64,000 bases of DNA from NCBI RefSeq assembly GCF_009914755.1, contig NC_060929.1. One strand, given 5' to 3'. Position numbers and translations under genes: made by a program. Below the pieces are notes generated by a model. The model was given only the letters and a program-made list of their open reading frames with translations, did not search any database and had not been told where the DNA came from. Position 1 is the first letter of the stretch. Each line of letters starts with the position of its first letter. Origin of the DNA: the human T2T-CHM13v2.0 reference genome, Homo sapiens. Positions 1 through 15,245 of this stretch are shown here, piece after piece.

Positions 1-3000
1 TTATGGACTATCCAACAGGAGGTGATGCTAGAGTCTTTGACCTCAGATTTTTCATGTTTAACTTTATGTCATAGACTTCTGTAACATAAGAAAAATAGTT
101 TCACATAAAAAAGTAGGGTTAGAAACAGACTCTGTCTACAAAGATACAGTCCTTCAGTATGATTTTACATAAAGCAAGAATTCAGATAATTCAACCATAT
201 TTCTCACCAAAAAATGAAAATAACTTAGGGTAAAATTTGACTTTTAGAACTTTTCTACAAGTTATGTGTTTTCTTCTGAGGTGATAATTAATGCACCTGC
301 TTTCTTGAGTGAACCCTCTATGATCCATTTATTGTTCTTTTAATTCAGCCTTAGTAACACCGACAGGATTTTAGAAAAATCCTGATGTAGTTAAAAATGC
401 TTAAATACAAAACTGATTTTATAAAGAAAGTGACATATTTCTCCACAAACCTATAGGATTTATGTGTAGTTCATATGTTCACATGCAAACATATCTAAAT
501 AAAATGTAATAATTTCTCAATGCAATTTATTTACCTGTTGATTAACAGTCACACTCCTTTTGTTTTAGAGATAAAGACAAACAAAAATGAAAAAGATAAT
601 AGATAATTAATACATGGGAAAGCTGATAAAGCAGCAAGGTGAAGAACATAAAAAGAATTATGACTTGAAAGATAAAGATGTAATCATGTAGTTGTAGAGA
701 GATGCCATTTATGTGTACTTACAACCATCTTGCAGACTGATAAGAAAGATGATTTGAATGATTCATGCTTCATGTTTTTATATATCTAGTGAAGTTTATA
801 TTGCACGTTACATTGCAACACATTTTATTAAATATTAATGCAGAAGTGTCTGAATGTTAATCATTTATTATATTCACAATAGTTTATCTACTTCTTCCTA
901 AATTATTTAGAGCTAAATCTTTTCTGAAATATTTTTTTTGAAGGACTTTTAGTTTAGTGAATCCAGAGAGTATAACACATGGTCAGTATCTGAAAGGAAA
1001 TAATTGTATTTTTCAATAGAACAGTATCTTCAAACACCCACTCTCAGAGAAGAAGCAGTACATATTACAGAATGAGAGATACATATCAACTCTTAGCCTT
1101 CATATTATTTACTAACAGAAAATAAAAGCGAAAACTAAATGCACTTTCTTACTAAAAATGTAATCACGAAACTTTGACAATCAATTACATGTTAACACGT
1201 TACTCTAGTTGAGGTAGGTCCATTAATTTCTGTCCACTTATTATTGCAATTTAAAAACATTTCCTGAAAGATTTTAAGAGAACATTAAATCAATAAATGT
1301 CAACACCTCATATAAAATGGAGATGATTTATTTCTTTACTTCATCCAAACAGATAATTGTCTACAACCTAATGGGGACAAACTGAATTTCAAGGTAACTA
1401 GATCAGTCAGTTATAATATTATACATAGTTCAAAAGATAAAGGAAAGAGCCAAAGACGTGCATTTATTATTGAACCTTTTTATGAAATTGGTTTATAAAT
1501 TTGATTTATTTTTATTTCTAAAACAGCTCCACAGAAATACTTAATACCTTCTTATAAAACAAACTAGCCCCTCAGAGCAAAAAGCAGGATAGGAAAAATT
1601 TGGTTAATAATTTATCTCTTTAAATATTAAGAAAATAAGCAAATCATTAATTAGCTTTTTTGTAATGGAAAGAGTAGAATAATACACATACATACTTGAC
1701 TATTTTTCTCTTTGTTCCTAAAAAAATTATTCTTCCTTAGGCATCGAGTTCTACCTTATTTATTTATTTTTTCAAATCAATTATTTTACAAAAAATGACA
1801 CTGAGGTCCAGAAGGTTAAAATTACTCATCAAAAATTACACACAAGTTTCTTCAGGTTCAGTAGAATGTATTTACAATAGATATTTGCAGTGCTAACTAA
1901 TGTAAGGGGTTTAAGTTAATATATACATATGTCAAACTCATCATAATGGACATGAGTAAAACCAATGAGAGTAACTACTAGCAACAATCTCTATTTATTT
2001 AGACGGATAAGTTAGGTGTCACACAAATTAAATATGTGGTTCCTTGCAGTACAAATAATATTTGGTCTGCCTAAAGCTCTAAGAAAAGATAGATTTAAAG
2101 GAAGAGAAGTTAGCTGTCATTTATTCTTGTAACTTTGGATCAGACACACATTTCAAGCTTTTATTTTCAAATATTTATGCTTGTGAATTAACACAGCAAG
2201 GGCTGCACTCTGCCCTTTTATAGATCTTTTGAAATGAGAAAATAATGGTCTTGCTCTTGATGACTTAACATTTACTTATTCCACCAGGTCCTTGCACTTC
2301 ATAGGTAACTCTTTGAGAATACATAGTGCTTACCAAAGAAGGGATTAGTATTATTGTTATTGTTATTATTATCCTAATGCTCTGTAAATGTCCTTTAGCA
2401 AATTGTTGAAATAAACAAGTTGAAGAAAAAATCTGAAATTTATAAACCTGTCTGTCTAGAGTTTTCTAACTCAACTTTGAACTGTATAGTCACCAAAACT
2501 AGAATGATTTGATAATACTCATGAGTTTGGTGATTTCCTTAATGATTTTAGTGCTTTTGTCTTTCAGTGTATTTTCAAGCTAAATTTACTATTAGTTCCC
2601 TCAAAGGTTAGTCATGGGCTATTTCCATTAACTGTTGTGCATAACACAAATTATGCCTGCTGAATCTTTATGCAGCAGAGAAGGGCAGGGCAGTGTATCT
2701 GTGAATTTTGTGCCTTCATCCCTACATTGAGATATCTTCCCAGTAGCTTGGTGATCAGACAGAGGACAGGCTTCCCAGGAATCTCTTTAGCTGGACTGTA
2801 GAAACCTTTTACTCTGAGGAAGTAGTTATAGCACCTTCAGAAACAAGCTCACTTCCCCTCAGGCAGTAATCTTTCATCTTTTAGGGCTCCAAAGTAATGG
2901 TTTCAATTCTTCTGTTCACATGACATCAATTTTGAAGTTTCCTTTCTCTGCTATTAAAAAAAAAAAAAAGAAGAAAGGAAGGAAAGGGAGAGAGAAAGAA

Positions 3001-5022
3001 GGAAACAAAGAGGGAAAGAAACAAGATGGAGACATATTGTACAACCATTTCCCATTCAGGGAAAACCTTGGAGCTTATTTATCTCTTTAAGAGAAAACTC
3101 CATCAAAAATTTCTCCCAGATGATCATGTGTAAAGAATTATAATCTCTTTTATTTGACATAAGCCTGTCAACAGAAGCTCTAATGCTGGCTTTGGAAGTC
3201 TCCTGAAAATGTTAGACCGGAATTCCTGAGTCATTACAATAAAAATGTTACCCTTTAATGGGTTTCGTTCTTTATAAGATGAAAATTCATTAAATAAACA
3301 TTCCAGATGTATAATAATGATATGGATCTCTGACATAGATTTTCACATCCAAATTAGCAATTACATTGCTTTTACTGTAAATAGGAAATGCAGCTACATA
3401 AAAAATACTTACATTGAAGTAAAGTTGGAAAGAAAAGGGAAAGTTAAAGGCAATGATTGTCATTCAAAATGGCATCTAATACAAAATGCTGTTTATCTTT
3501 TTCAATTAATTTTGATGAACACTTTTAAATTAGAATTTATACAGAACTTTGTACATAAAAGGGCATTAACATTTATTCCTGATTTGGTACAGTTTGTTTG
3601 TAACCTACATGCCTATGGTATACAGAAAACTTTAATGTTTTGTATACTTTTGAAAGTAAATTTTTGAAAAGTAAGCCAACTCAATGAATTCCCGGCTCTG
3701 AACACAGGCAAATAGCAGAGCAGCTTTTTGATGGATCTGCACCCACAGGTTTGTCACTGTGTATGTCAGTCTGTTCAGCTGTTAACAAACCTATGGGCTT
3801 AGTCCTCAGTGGGAGGGGCAGCAGGGGAGGAATATGAGAAATCAAATCAGTTCTTTTTCCTTCATTTCAATAAACACTGAGGCTCTTTGACTAAACAACA
3901 TGTCTCTTTTGGTTTGCTTTAACAAATTTTGGGGGCTGTCCAGTAAATATGGCTCTTCAAATGGGATAGAAAGCATACTTGATACAGTTCTGCTTTGCCA
4001 CAGCAATACTGAAAATTATAAGTGCCCTGTTTTGGCTCATTCATTTATTAATTCATTATTTATTAAGTACTCGAGCACCAAAGATTTCCAAGCAATAAAC
4101 ATGCTATACCCTGGATATTCATATAATGGATAACACACGTTGTTTTGTCATTAGAAGTTTTCATTCTATTAATATAAAAATATTGAGATATATTTTATCA
4201 ATCAAGGTAAGGCAGAAAACTAGGAAAAATAGGAAAGTAATAATCATTGTCATTAATGTTATTGCTTTATTATAGCAACCATGCTGATAAAAATATAGCA
4301 ATATTGCAAATATTATATTACCTAATTTAAAAAATAATTAATGACTGTGAAATCCTTAGCAAATAATCTGACCCAAAGCAACTTTTCAATGCATGATAGC
4401 AAGTATATTGATTAATATCAAGTACTATTAATATTGTTCCTTTTGTCTCAGAGGGCAAGTAGTTCCTATTATCATGGATAGAGAAGTTAGACACATAAAT
4501 AGATAAATAACAGAAGGCAGGATTGGAACCTACCTCTGTTTGAAAAAAAAATGTTTATGGCTTTCATTATGAGCATAAAAATTGCCTATGGACAATATGC
4601 TTTGTATGATTCACAACCTCACTGAGTTTGGAATTCTCTTTTGTTTCCTACTGATTCATTTATTCTATCTAGTGCAAAATAGGGGCATTTCAAGAGCTTT
4701 TTCAACAATTAGATATTTAAGAAGCAGTTTCAAGGAGAAAGAATGCAGAAGCCTAATATATAGAAGTGAGATGAAACTTAAAATGAAGTTTCAGATACTT
4801 ATTTAAGAATTGAGTCATTAATACCGGTGTAAATTTGGTCTTTAAAATTTGGAATGGACTTTAATAGAATATATTGTATTTGACTTAGGGGACATGGACA
4901 TTCACTTCCAGGGTTCTCAGTGTGTGTAAATGGAGGAAGTCCTTGACAAAATACCTAATTGCTAGATTTAGGACTGTGGTCACATGAAGGAGAGAAATAA
5001 CCAGATATGCTGCTATTATCTA

Positions 5023-5333
5023 GAGCTGTGCACTCCAGTGTGGTAGCCATTAGGCACATGTGGCTATTGAACACCTGTAGTGTGGGTAGTTCAAATTGAA
5101 ATAAGTGCCAGCTACATACCAGATTTTTTAACTTTAGCATGAAAATAAAAAGAATATAAAATAATCATGTATGATGTCCTTATAGATTTTGTGTTAAAAT
5201 AATATTTTAGATATTATTTTAAATCAAATACATATTTAAGTGAATTTCTTCAGTTTTTACTTTTGTTAGTGTGGCTACTAGAAAATTTAGAATTTCAAAC
5301 ATAGCATGAATAATATTTCTCTTGGACAACATC
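5023..5333. mobile_element. MER33-like hAT-Charlie DNA transposon (MITE)
   Basis: Begins gctgtgcactccagtgtggtagccattaggcacatgtggctattgaacac and ends gtggctactagaaaatttagaatt...atatttctcttggacaac, matching the MER3/MER33 ends; ~310 bp fits MER33. Confidence 0.75.
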
Positions 5334-6254
5334 CATATAGAATGCTATGAGGAGCTTTGACCATCTTGTGAGAAGATAATGGACAGGAAAACAGGAAACC
5401 GCCCTAGTGAACTGCTGTGCATATGAATTATATCAGTACCCCAAAGAGGAGGAACCATTTTACTAGAACATGGAATATGGTCATTCCAGAGCAAAGAAGC
5501 GTCATTGTAATCACAATCTTTCCTGTAGCAGCTCTCTAGCTGGCAGCAGCCTCCAAAATAAAATTCACCATCTTTCTCCGGCACTTCATCGTTATCATCA
5601 CCTAGTGATATCTTCAGTGTCACTTGGAGTATACTCATGGGGCGGTAAGATTAAATACCTATACTTTTCCTATTGTCCAATACATACTGTTAGCTGATTG
5701 CTGATTTTCTTCTTCTGAAATATCTTTTCCAGAATACTTGCAATTTGCTATTGTTTATTGTTTGTGGATATTTTCCTGAGATTTTAATATAAGGGCTCTA
5801 ACCAGGAGAAATGCAACACTGTTCCACCACACAGTCTCCAGAATTATACCTTCATATTACAGGAATGTCTACTTTTGTGGTTAGATATATAATATATATT
5901 AATGATCTTTTTCATTTATGATAAATTAGCCTTACTAGTAATACCAACATCATCCATTATTCCTGGAGAAATGTATGACAGGAAAGAAAAGATGTAGTAA
6001 TAGAAAGGAACAGTTATAGGTAAATGATAATATATCATTCCTAAGCTGCTTTTAATGAAATAAATGACCATGTTTTCAGATGAATCATCCCATTCTAGAC
6101 ACTGATGCTTACAAAAGGTGTTTATGAACACTATCAGCAGGAAGAGTTGAGAATGTAAAATGACTCAGACCATTAGATCCCATAAAGGCTGCTATCGTTT
6201 ACTGCAAGCTCCAGACAAGAATTTAAGAAGGAGAGAGGAGAGGAGTCCAATTAG

Positions 6255-8075
<1,821 letters not shown>

Positions 8076-8994
8076 AAGAAGTGTAGTTGTTCAGCTGCTT
8101 GACATTACGTTCTGCCCATAATAAAGACACATCTGTCATCACTGATCTTCTCTGAATAATGGTCCATGTGAGCAAGGCAAATATCAGACTGCAAAATTTT
8201 CTAAGTAAAAAGTTGTTCTTTTGTTTTCTTTTTCTGCATAAATTATTTCCTATGTTTTGTCTTCCTATTTCTTCTGTTTCCCATTTATTGCCCCCTAGCG
8301 TCCCAAAATTATGATTTTTTATTAAAGTGCCTTTGATGGCTCTCTCTCATACATAAAGAATTGCTGATGTAGAGAAATACTTTATAGTATAGGGAAAATT
8401 GTATTTTTAAGTCTATTCAGCTTGTGTTCATAGTTTTGTACATGATTATTTGTGGTTACCTTACATGTGGCCTCTTTTTCTGTATTTCTAGACAAAGCAA
8501 GTTCGTTGGCCTCATACTGGTGAAATTCATGCAATCAATATACCATTTGGTTTGTATTGCAGACAGCAGTTAAAGTAATATCGGCACCCATCCAGAAGTC
8601 AAAACTTTGTGTAACTAGGTGTAGTTCTCTGTTTACATATTGTTTCCTTTGTGGACCATCAGGGCAAACAAGAAGGAAGAGATTGCCTGTGCTTTACAGT
8701 GTTGAAATAGCAACTGAATAGCTTCTACTTCTTATTTTCAGGGGTGATCCTTTTATTCAATGTCTAATGCAAAGATTGTGAGGCCTACATCTCACAGATG
8801 TCTTTTCAGCTTTTCTTTTGGGTTTCCTTTTTCAACTAGTGTCTGAAATAACTTGGGAAACATTTGCATGTTCTACAAATATATCCTAATGGGAATTTAT
8901 CATCTCCAAAACGTGTCCAGCCTTGGACTGTCTTCATTACCTCTTACTTTATCTTGAGATTTAGTTCCTTCACTTAATGATTCATTAAATAATA

Positions 8995-9210
8995 TTTTTA
9001 TTTTCCTTCTACAGCACTCTCTCAACTAGTAGTGATACATTAATTAGGAAGGTTATTTGACTAACATCCGTCTTCTTCATTTGAACACAAATGTCATGAA
9101 AACAGGAACCCTGCCCATTTTCGCTAATTCTTAAAAACTACCAGTTCCTAACACAGTGCCTAGCTCATTATAGAAACTCAGTTAGTAGTTGGGAAATGAC
9201 AAAAGGAATG
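8995..9210 (+). mobile_element. L2 3' end fragment
   Basis: cagttcctaacacagtgcctagctcattatagaaactcagttagtagttggga resembles the L2 3' terminus. Confidence 0.6.
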
Positions 9211-9619
9211 CCCAATACTACTTTGCACCAAGAGTTGACAAAGGTTTGTCTTTAATTCCTGAAAGTTTATTACATGACAGCATGAAACAAACATTACCCA
9301 AAAAATTAAGGAGACAATATCAAGTGTAGCTTAGCACTGCTCACTGTGACTCACTACTTAACAGGTTTCAGCGGTCAAAGCTCTGCTCAAGTCTCCCCAG
9401 TGACAGCATCTTGGCATCTAAACAATGGCAGCCCCAAAGAGAAGAAAATTTTGTGTCTCCTCCAAATTACTTGCAACAGGATAACTTACAGTGATTCTCA
9501 TCAGAAAGAAAAAAAAACTTTATTAGCACTGAGAGTAACAATCAGCTCTCACTCATAAGGATAATATAATCATGATGATTTACTATCTATTTCCCCAACT
9601 CTACTTTACGGTTATATTT

Positions 9620-10100
9620 AAAAATTATACCCTACCATTATGAAGCCTCTCACCCAAAATCTGATTAAGCCTCAAGATTTACCTGCTCAACTTTCAGGTA
9701 ATATAATGTTTGAAGAAATGTTTTCAATAAAATGACAGGACTCAATTAGGAAATCCACATTTTGGGAAACTCTACCAAGCAAACAATTCACATTTTTATC
9801 AAAAAATAAATTGTAAAAGAAAAACAGATAGTATAAAAATATATAATTAAATATCAATCATTAAACATAAGCAATTCAAAATTTGAACACATTGATCTCA
9901 TTTAGATCCCAATTACAAATTTTTTTTAAAGTTTTGATGTTTAGGGATATTAATAAAATATTTATTTTCAAATCTGATAATATATTGTGATAAGTTTTTT
10001 GATGGTCCTCTTATATAGGTGTGCAAATGTATAATGATATTTTTAAAAATACTTAATTCCTTGAGTTGATTAACTTGAAACTAAAAATTAAATAAAGCAA
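9620..10100 (+). mobile_element. Ancient L1MC/L1ME 3'UTR fragment
   Basis: aatctgattaagcctcaagattt...gggaaactctac motif typical of L1MC4/ME 3' ends; highly diverged. Confidence 0.45.
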
Positions 10101-11838
10101 GTTATTACCATCAAAACTATAAACAAACAAAACCAACATATTATACAGATTTATTTTTTCCCACACTTTTTCTTACACTGTGTCAGGGTATTGGAGCTAT
10201 CCATTTCACCAACAAAATAATAATCCTTTACTTTCCCGTTAGTAAATTTCAGGATAATAAGATATACTCTTATTTCCCAATAGCAAACAATTTCCATGCA
10301 AGAGATTTCTTGATTACGATTCTGTATTTACAAAGGGGAAGAAAATTAAACAGAAAAAAAAGTATTCACTAACCATCTACTAGGAATCTTTTGTTAAAGA
10401 TGCACCAATTTTCACTAGGAATAATAAATTAATATTTGGTTAATGTAGGTAATACAGTAAATATCAAAGTTTTTGTGACCCAAGCATATTTTGAAATTTT
10501 AGAATATAATGAGGTATGCTTGAAATGATTAGAATTATAGCATATTTTAAACTTGATAATTGTTTTTAAAAGGCAAGTTTTTAAAAACTTTATTTTTTTA
10601 TTTTTTATTCTAAAATTAACAAAAATCTATAAATATAACAATACCAAGTATTTCATTAAGGAATATAATTGATAGATTAAATATTTTTAAGACACTGGAA
10701 TCTAAGTCATGGAGATATGATTTTGGAAACTGTAGTAAATCAAGGCTTTTTAAATTGCTTCTTTAATTACAGACTATTCTTTCTTAATATAAACTTTCAT
10801 TTGAACCAGACGTTTATGTAATATTTCTGAATGTGTGGTTGATGGAACTAGAAGTACATTTTTAAAACAGCGATATTCCATAATATGAAAAAATGAACTT
10901 TTTCCCTCATCATACTTATGTAATGGCTAGAAAATATATAATTCTAAATTTGTCTTTCCATGATGCCAGTTGTGATAGAATAAGAGATAAAGCATTGTAA
11001 TACCCCAATTTGGTATCAAAAGGAATATTTTAAACTATTACATTTTCTTTTTTGGACAAATTTGTTTCCCGTGAATATCTTTGTTTTTCTAAAACCGAGA
11101 ATATTTTCACTTGGCTTTTACATATTAGTATTAATACTAAGACAAAAAAATACGACTTTCAAATAAACTCACTTTCAAGGCCTTTTTTTTTTTTATTACG
11201 GCCTTTATTTATTACATTTATAGAAACAACTACAATGACTGGAGCGGTGTTACGAAGGTCAGTTGACTGCTTTTACGTGACATTTCTTCACTTCCAAAGA
11301 GAATAATAAAGGCCTACAGGAAATTTTGTTGCACAGCTAAAGACATAATGAAAAGCAAAACAATAAAGGAAATGTCCTGTATCCAACTAAATGCTTAAGC
11401 CAGGTTGTTGGCTTCACTTTTGGCCAGTGTTCAGTGAAAAGTGGCTGTAGCAGCTAAGGACAGAATTGCTGAGCTATTGAATGAAGGGGTCTTCTGACTC
11501 TTATGACACTAAAAGCAGGCACCTATCACCAGAAGCAACTCTGGACAAATGGAGCCCCTCAAACCCTATCAACCCACAAATCATGCAACTGAACACACAA
11601 ACAAATAACAGAGCAAGGAATTGAATCCTGAATTCGGTGAATTTTCAATTATATAGGTTCTTACTGGAGTGGATAAGATAATTAATATTCATCTGTAAAA
11701 CAGATTAGCTTAACTATACTCAAGGAAAAAAAACTGTTGATTAAACAATGTAGAAACAGAAAAATACCTATATTTTAGAACTAAAAGTGATATTATAAGT
11801 CAACATTGAATATAGAGTAAATTATTACTCTGGGTAGC

Positions 11839-12070
11839 TTTTTTTTTTTTTTTTTTTTTTTTGAGACGGAGTCTCTCTCTGTCACCCAGGCTGGAGTGTA
11901 GAGTGCAGTGGAGTCATCTTGACTCATTGCAACCTCCGCCTCCCAGCGTTCAAGCAATTCTCCTGCCTCACCGTCCTGAGTAGGTGGGACTACGGGTGTG
12001 CACCACCACACCAGGCTGATTTTTTGTATTTTTACTAGAGTCGGGGATTTGCCATGTTGGCCAGCCTGGC
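11839..12070 (-). mobile_element. AluS, missing ~80 bp of its 5' end
   Basis: PolyT tract then gagacggagtctctctctgtcacccaggctgg...; Alu homology stops at gccatgttggccagcctggc. Confidence 0.93.
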
Positions 12071-12072
12071 CG

Positions 12073-12330
12073 TTAAAAACCTCCCACTAGCAACATACTT
12101 AATAGTGAAAGTGGAAATGCTGCCGCTTTAAAATCGGGAACAAGGCAAAGATGTCAACTGTCAACACTCTTTTTTAATAAAATACTGAAGTTGTAGTCAC
12201 TGAAATAGGGCCTAAAAAGAAATAAAAGGCATAACAATTCAAAAGAATGGAATAAAACTATATAGCTACAGATGCGATGATTGTTTATGGAGAAAACCAA
12301 AAGGAATCTACAAAAATACTCCTAGAACAA
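12073..12330 (+). mobile_element. Old L1M ORF2 RT-region fragment
   Basis: Degenerate match to the [41 protein letters not shown] coding DNA (ggaacaaggcaaagatgtc, cagatgcgatgattgtttatggagaaaacc). Confidence 0.75.
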
Positions 12331-12334
12331 GTAA

Positions 12335-12684
<350 letters not shown>

Positions 12685-14374
12685 TATTGGGTAGTTATTT
12701 CTAAGGCGGTATCCTAAGAACTAGTTACAAATGTACAGGCTTTTAAAATAAAGTTCATGTTCCTAAAGTACATAATGTTGAAGCTTTAAAAAATTCTCTT
12801 ACATGGCATTTTTGTGGGAACCAATGGCTGCTGAGCACAAACATTTGAGATTAACTTCTAGAGGCTAAAATATCAGTAATTTGGATGCAAATCAGCTCTG
12901 TGAGTTGAACAGGGTGGGTTTTAGGTGCATTCTCAATGGGACATCATAAAGTTACAAACAGAGTGTGAGCGAAAAAGTGAGGCAGCCTGAGAGCAAGTAT
13001 CAGGTAACCTGGGCCCCAGGCATGCTCAGTTACCCTGAAAGATGGTTGGGCAACAATCCTTCACCTAGATAATAATCCTTCTATGATTACTTCTGTATCT
13101 TTTATTGATTAACTAATAGACAAATTACATTAATTTGATAATGGAGACCATATGCAATTAATGCCCTAGAATTTTTAAAAACTTTAATGTTTATTCAAAT
13201 TTCATTCCCATATTTCAATACATTTTTTCAGATTTTGAGAAATGTAAATACACAAAAACTCCATAATTTCCATATAAATAATTCATAATCAGTATCTGAC
13301 ATTATGGGAAAAAATAAGCTGAGCTTATTTTTATGTAGAATTATAATATTAAAACGATTGAAGAATTAATATTGTAAAGACATTGTCCTGAAAAATCTCT
13401 TGTTTGATAAAAGGACAAAGTTTATTAACCTACTTGGTTAAGATATCCTTCAAGCCGTTCAGAATTTAATTTTTCTGGTTAGTAAACTTCGGTTTCCATG
13501 TTTTAAAATTTTGACTAAATGTAGATACATTTATTTAGGCAACATTTGTGTGGGGCTTTAATTTCAAACCACCAGTAATTTGCAGTGATTTTATATTTGA
13601 TGACATTTTATATATCATTTGAGGTAATTATAAAATTGGCTTTTATGAATATTAAAAACCCTGTAAAACCTTAGTAAGTAAAAAAGAAAGGCAGATGTTA
13701 ATACTTCTTGCTATTATATTGCATTACTGCCATTCTCTTATCCTCTGTCTCTGGTGAAGATTTAGGGATTTTTTTACCCAGAGAATTTGCCAGTTTACTT
13801 GTGGTTTGTTAGGAAAAAATAAACTTGATATATAACAAATAGGCCTATCTAATTTTTTTAAAAAGGCTAGTCCTTTTATAATAGTGCAGGTATAATAAAA
13901 CCTTCAATAGATTCTTGATTTAAAAGCATTATTATGTGTCTGGCAAAGCAATCGTCTCTAATGTACATTTCAAGACATTGTTAAGAATAATGTAACACAT
14001 GTATTCTTTACATCTCTTTAACTGGTAATTCCACTAGGCAATCTAGTAATTCTGTGTCAGATAATGATTTAGTTGTGAATAAGATATTAAATTGCCATCC
14101 AAGAAACAAATGTAATAGTTAGATTTTTCGCCTCAATCTCTAAATCCAATTTTACCTAAATTGCTTATTAATGACCTTTATATTAAAAATATTTTTTAAT
14201 AAAATATAAAAGTCTACACAAGTACATTATGCCAGAGGTTGCTGTAAAGGTCAATTTATGTTTAGTGTGATTATAGATTGGAGATATAATTTGTGTGGCT
14301 TTGCCATGCAAGTGCTGTCCTTGTTTAGATTTGCTCTATGATTAAAATTGTACTAAAAGCAATATGGTATAATT

Positions 14375-15245
14375 TATTTTAATTAAAATCTTTTTATTGA
14401 AGGTAACATGCATATAGAAAACTTTAAGGAGTTGAATATTACCAGCAGACCAAAAGTCCTACTTAACATATCTTTCAACACCAATACTTTACCCCAAATT
14501 AAGTGCTATTCTGATTTCTAACATTATATATTATTTTTTTCTAGTTATATAAATTGTGTAGAAATTTTTTATATATTCTTTATATATTTCATGTATGTTT
14601 TGCTTGTGAGATATGTACACCTCGTTGCATGTAGCAGTAGTTTACTTATTTTCATTGATGTATAGTATTCAATTATGTTTATATACCATAGATAATTCAC
14701 TTACTTTAACCTTGACGAATAACTGGATTGCTGACAGTTCCTGGCTATCATGAATTAAGTTTCTATGTTATTTTTGTAAGAAATTACTTGTTCACAGAGA
14801 ATACATATGATTAACTTCAGTAGATAATACCAAACTATGTTCCAAGTGTTGTAGAAATTTATGCTTATGTATTTACCAAAGTATTTGAGAATTTCAGCTA
14901 TTCTGCATTTTTACCAATAATGGAGTAAGTACTGTCAGTATCTTTTATTTTCTTTTAGTTTAAGTTATTCTAGTGAGTTCATGATAATATCACTTTGTGG
15001 TTTTAATTTAAATTCTCCTTATATGACTGACATTGAATACATGTTCAATCCCAGTTGGATATCCTGTTTAAGTTTTTTTCTCAGCTTTTAATTGTCCTTC
15101 GGTCTTTTCTATTGACTTCTGGATTATGGATTTATATTTCATTCTAGACATGAATCCTTTTGTATTTACATGTATTGCAAATATCTTCCTCCAGTCTGGA
15201 GCTGTTAAGACAATTAATAGTGTATTTTAATGAACAGAAATTCTA
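14375..15245 (-). mobile_element. Ancient L1M (MC/ME) 3' region
   Basis: Antisense L1 motifs: gttgcatgtagcagtagtttacttattttcattgatgtatagtattc, gtagataataccaaact, tgtattgcaaatatcttcctccagtctg. Confidence 0.75.
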
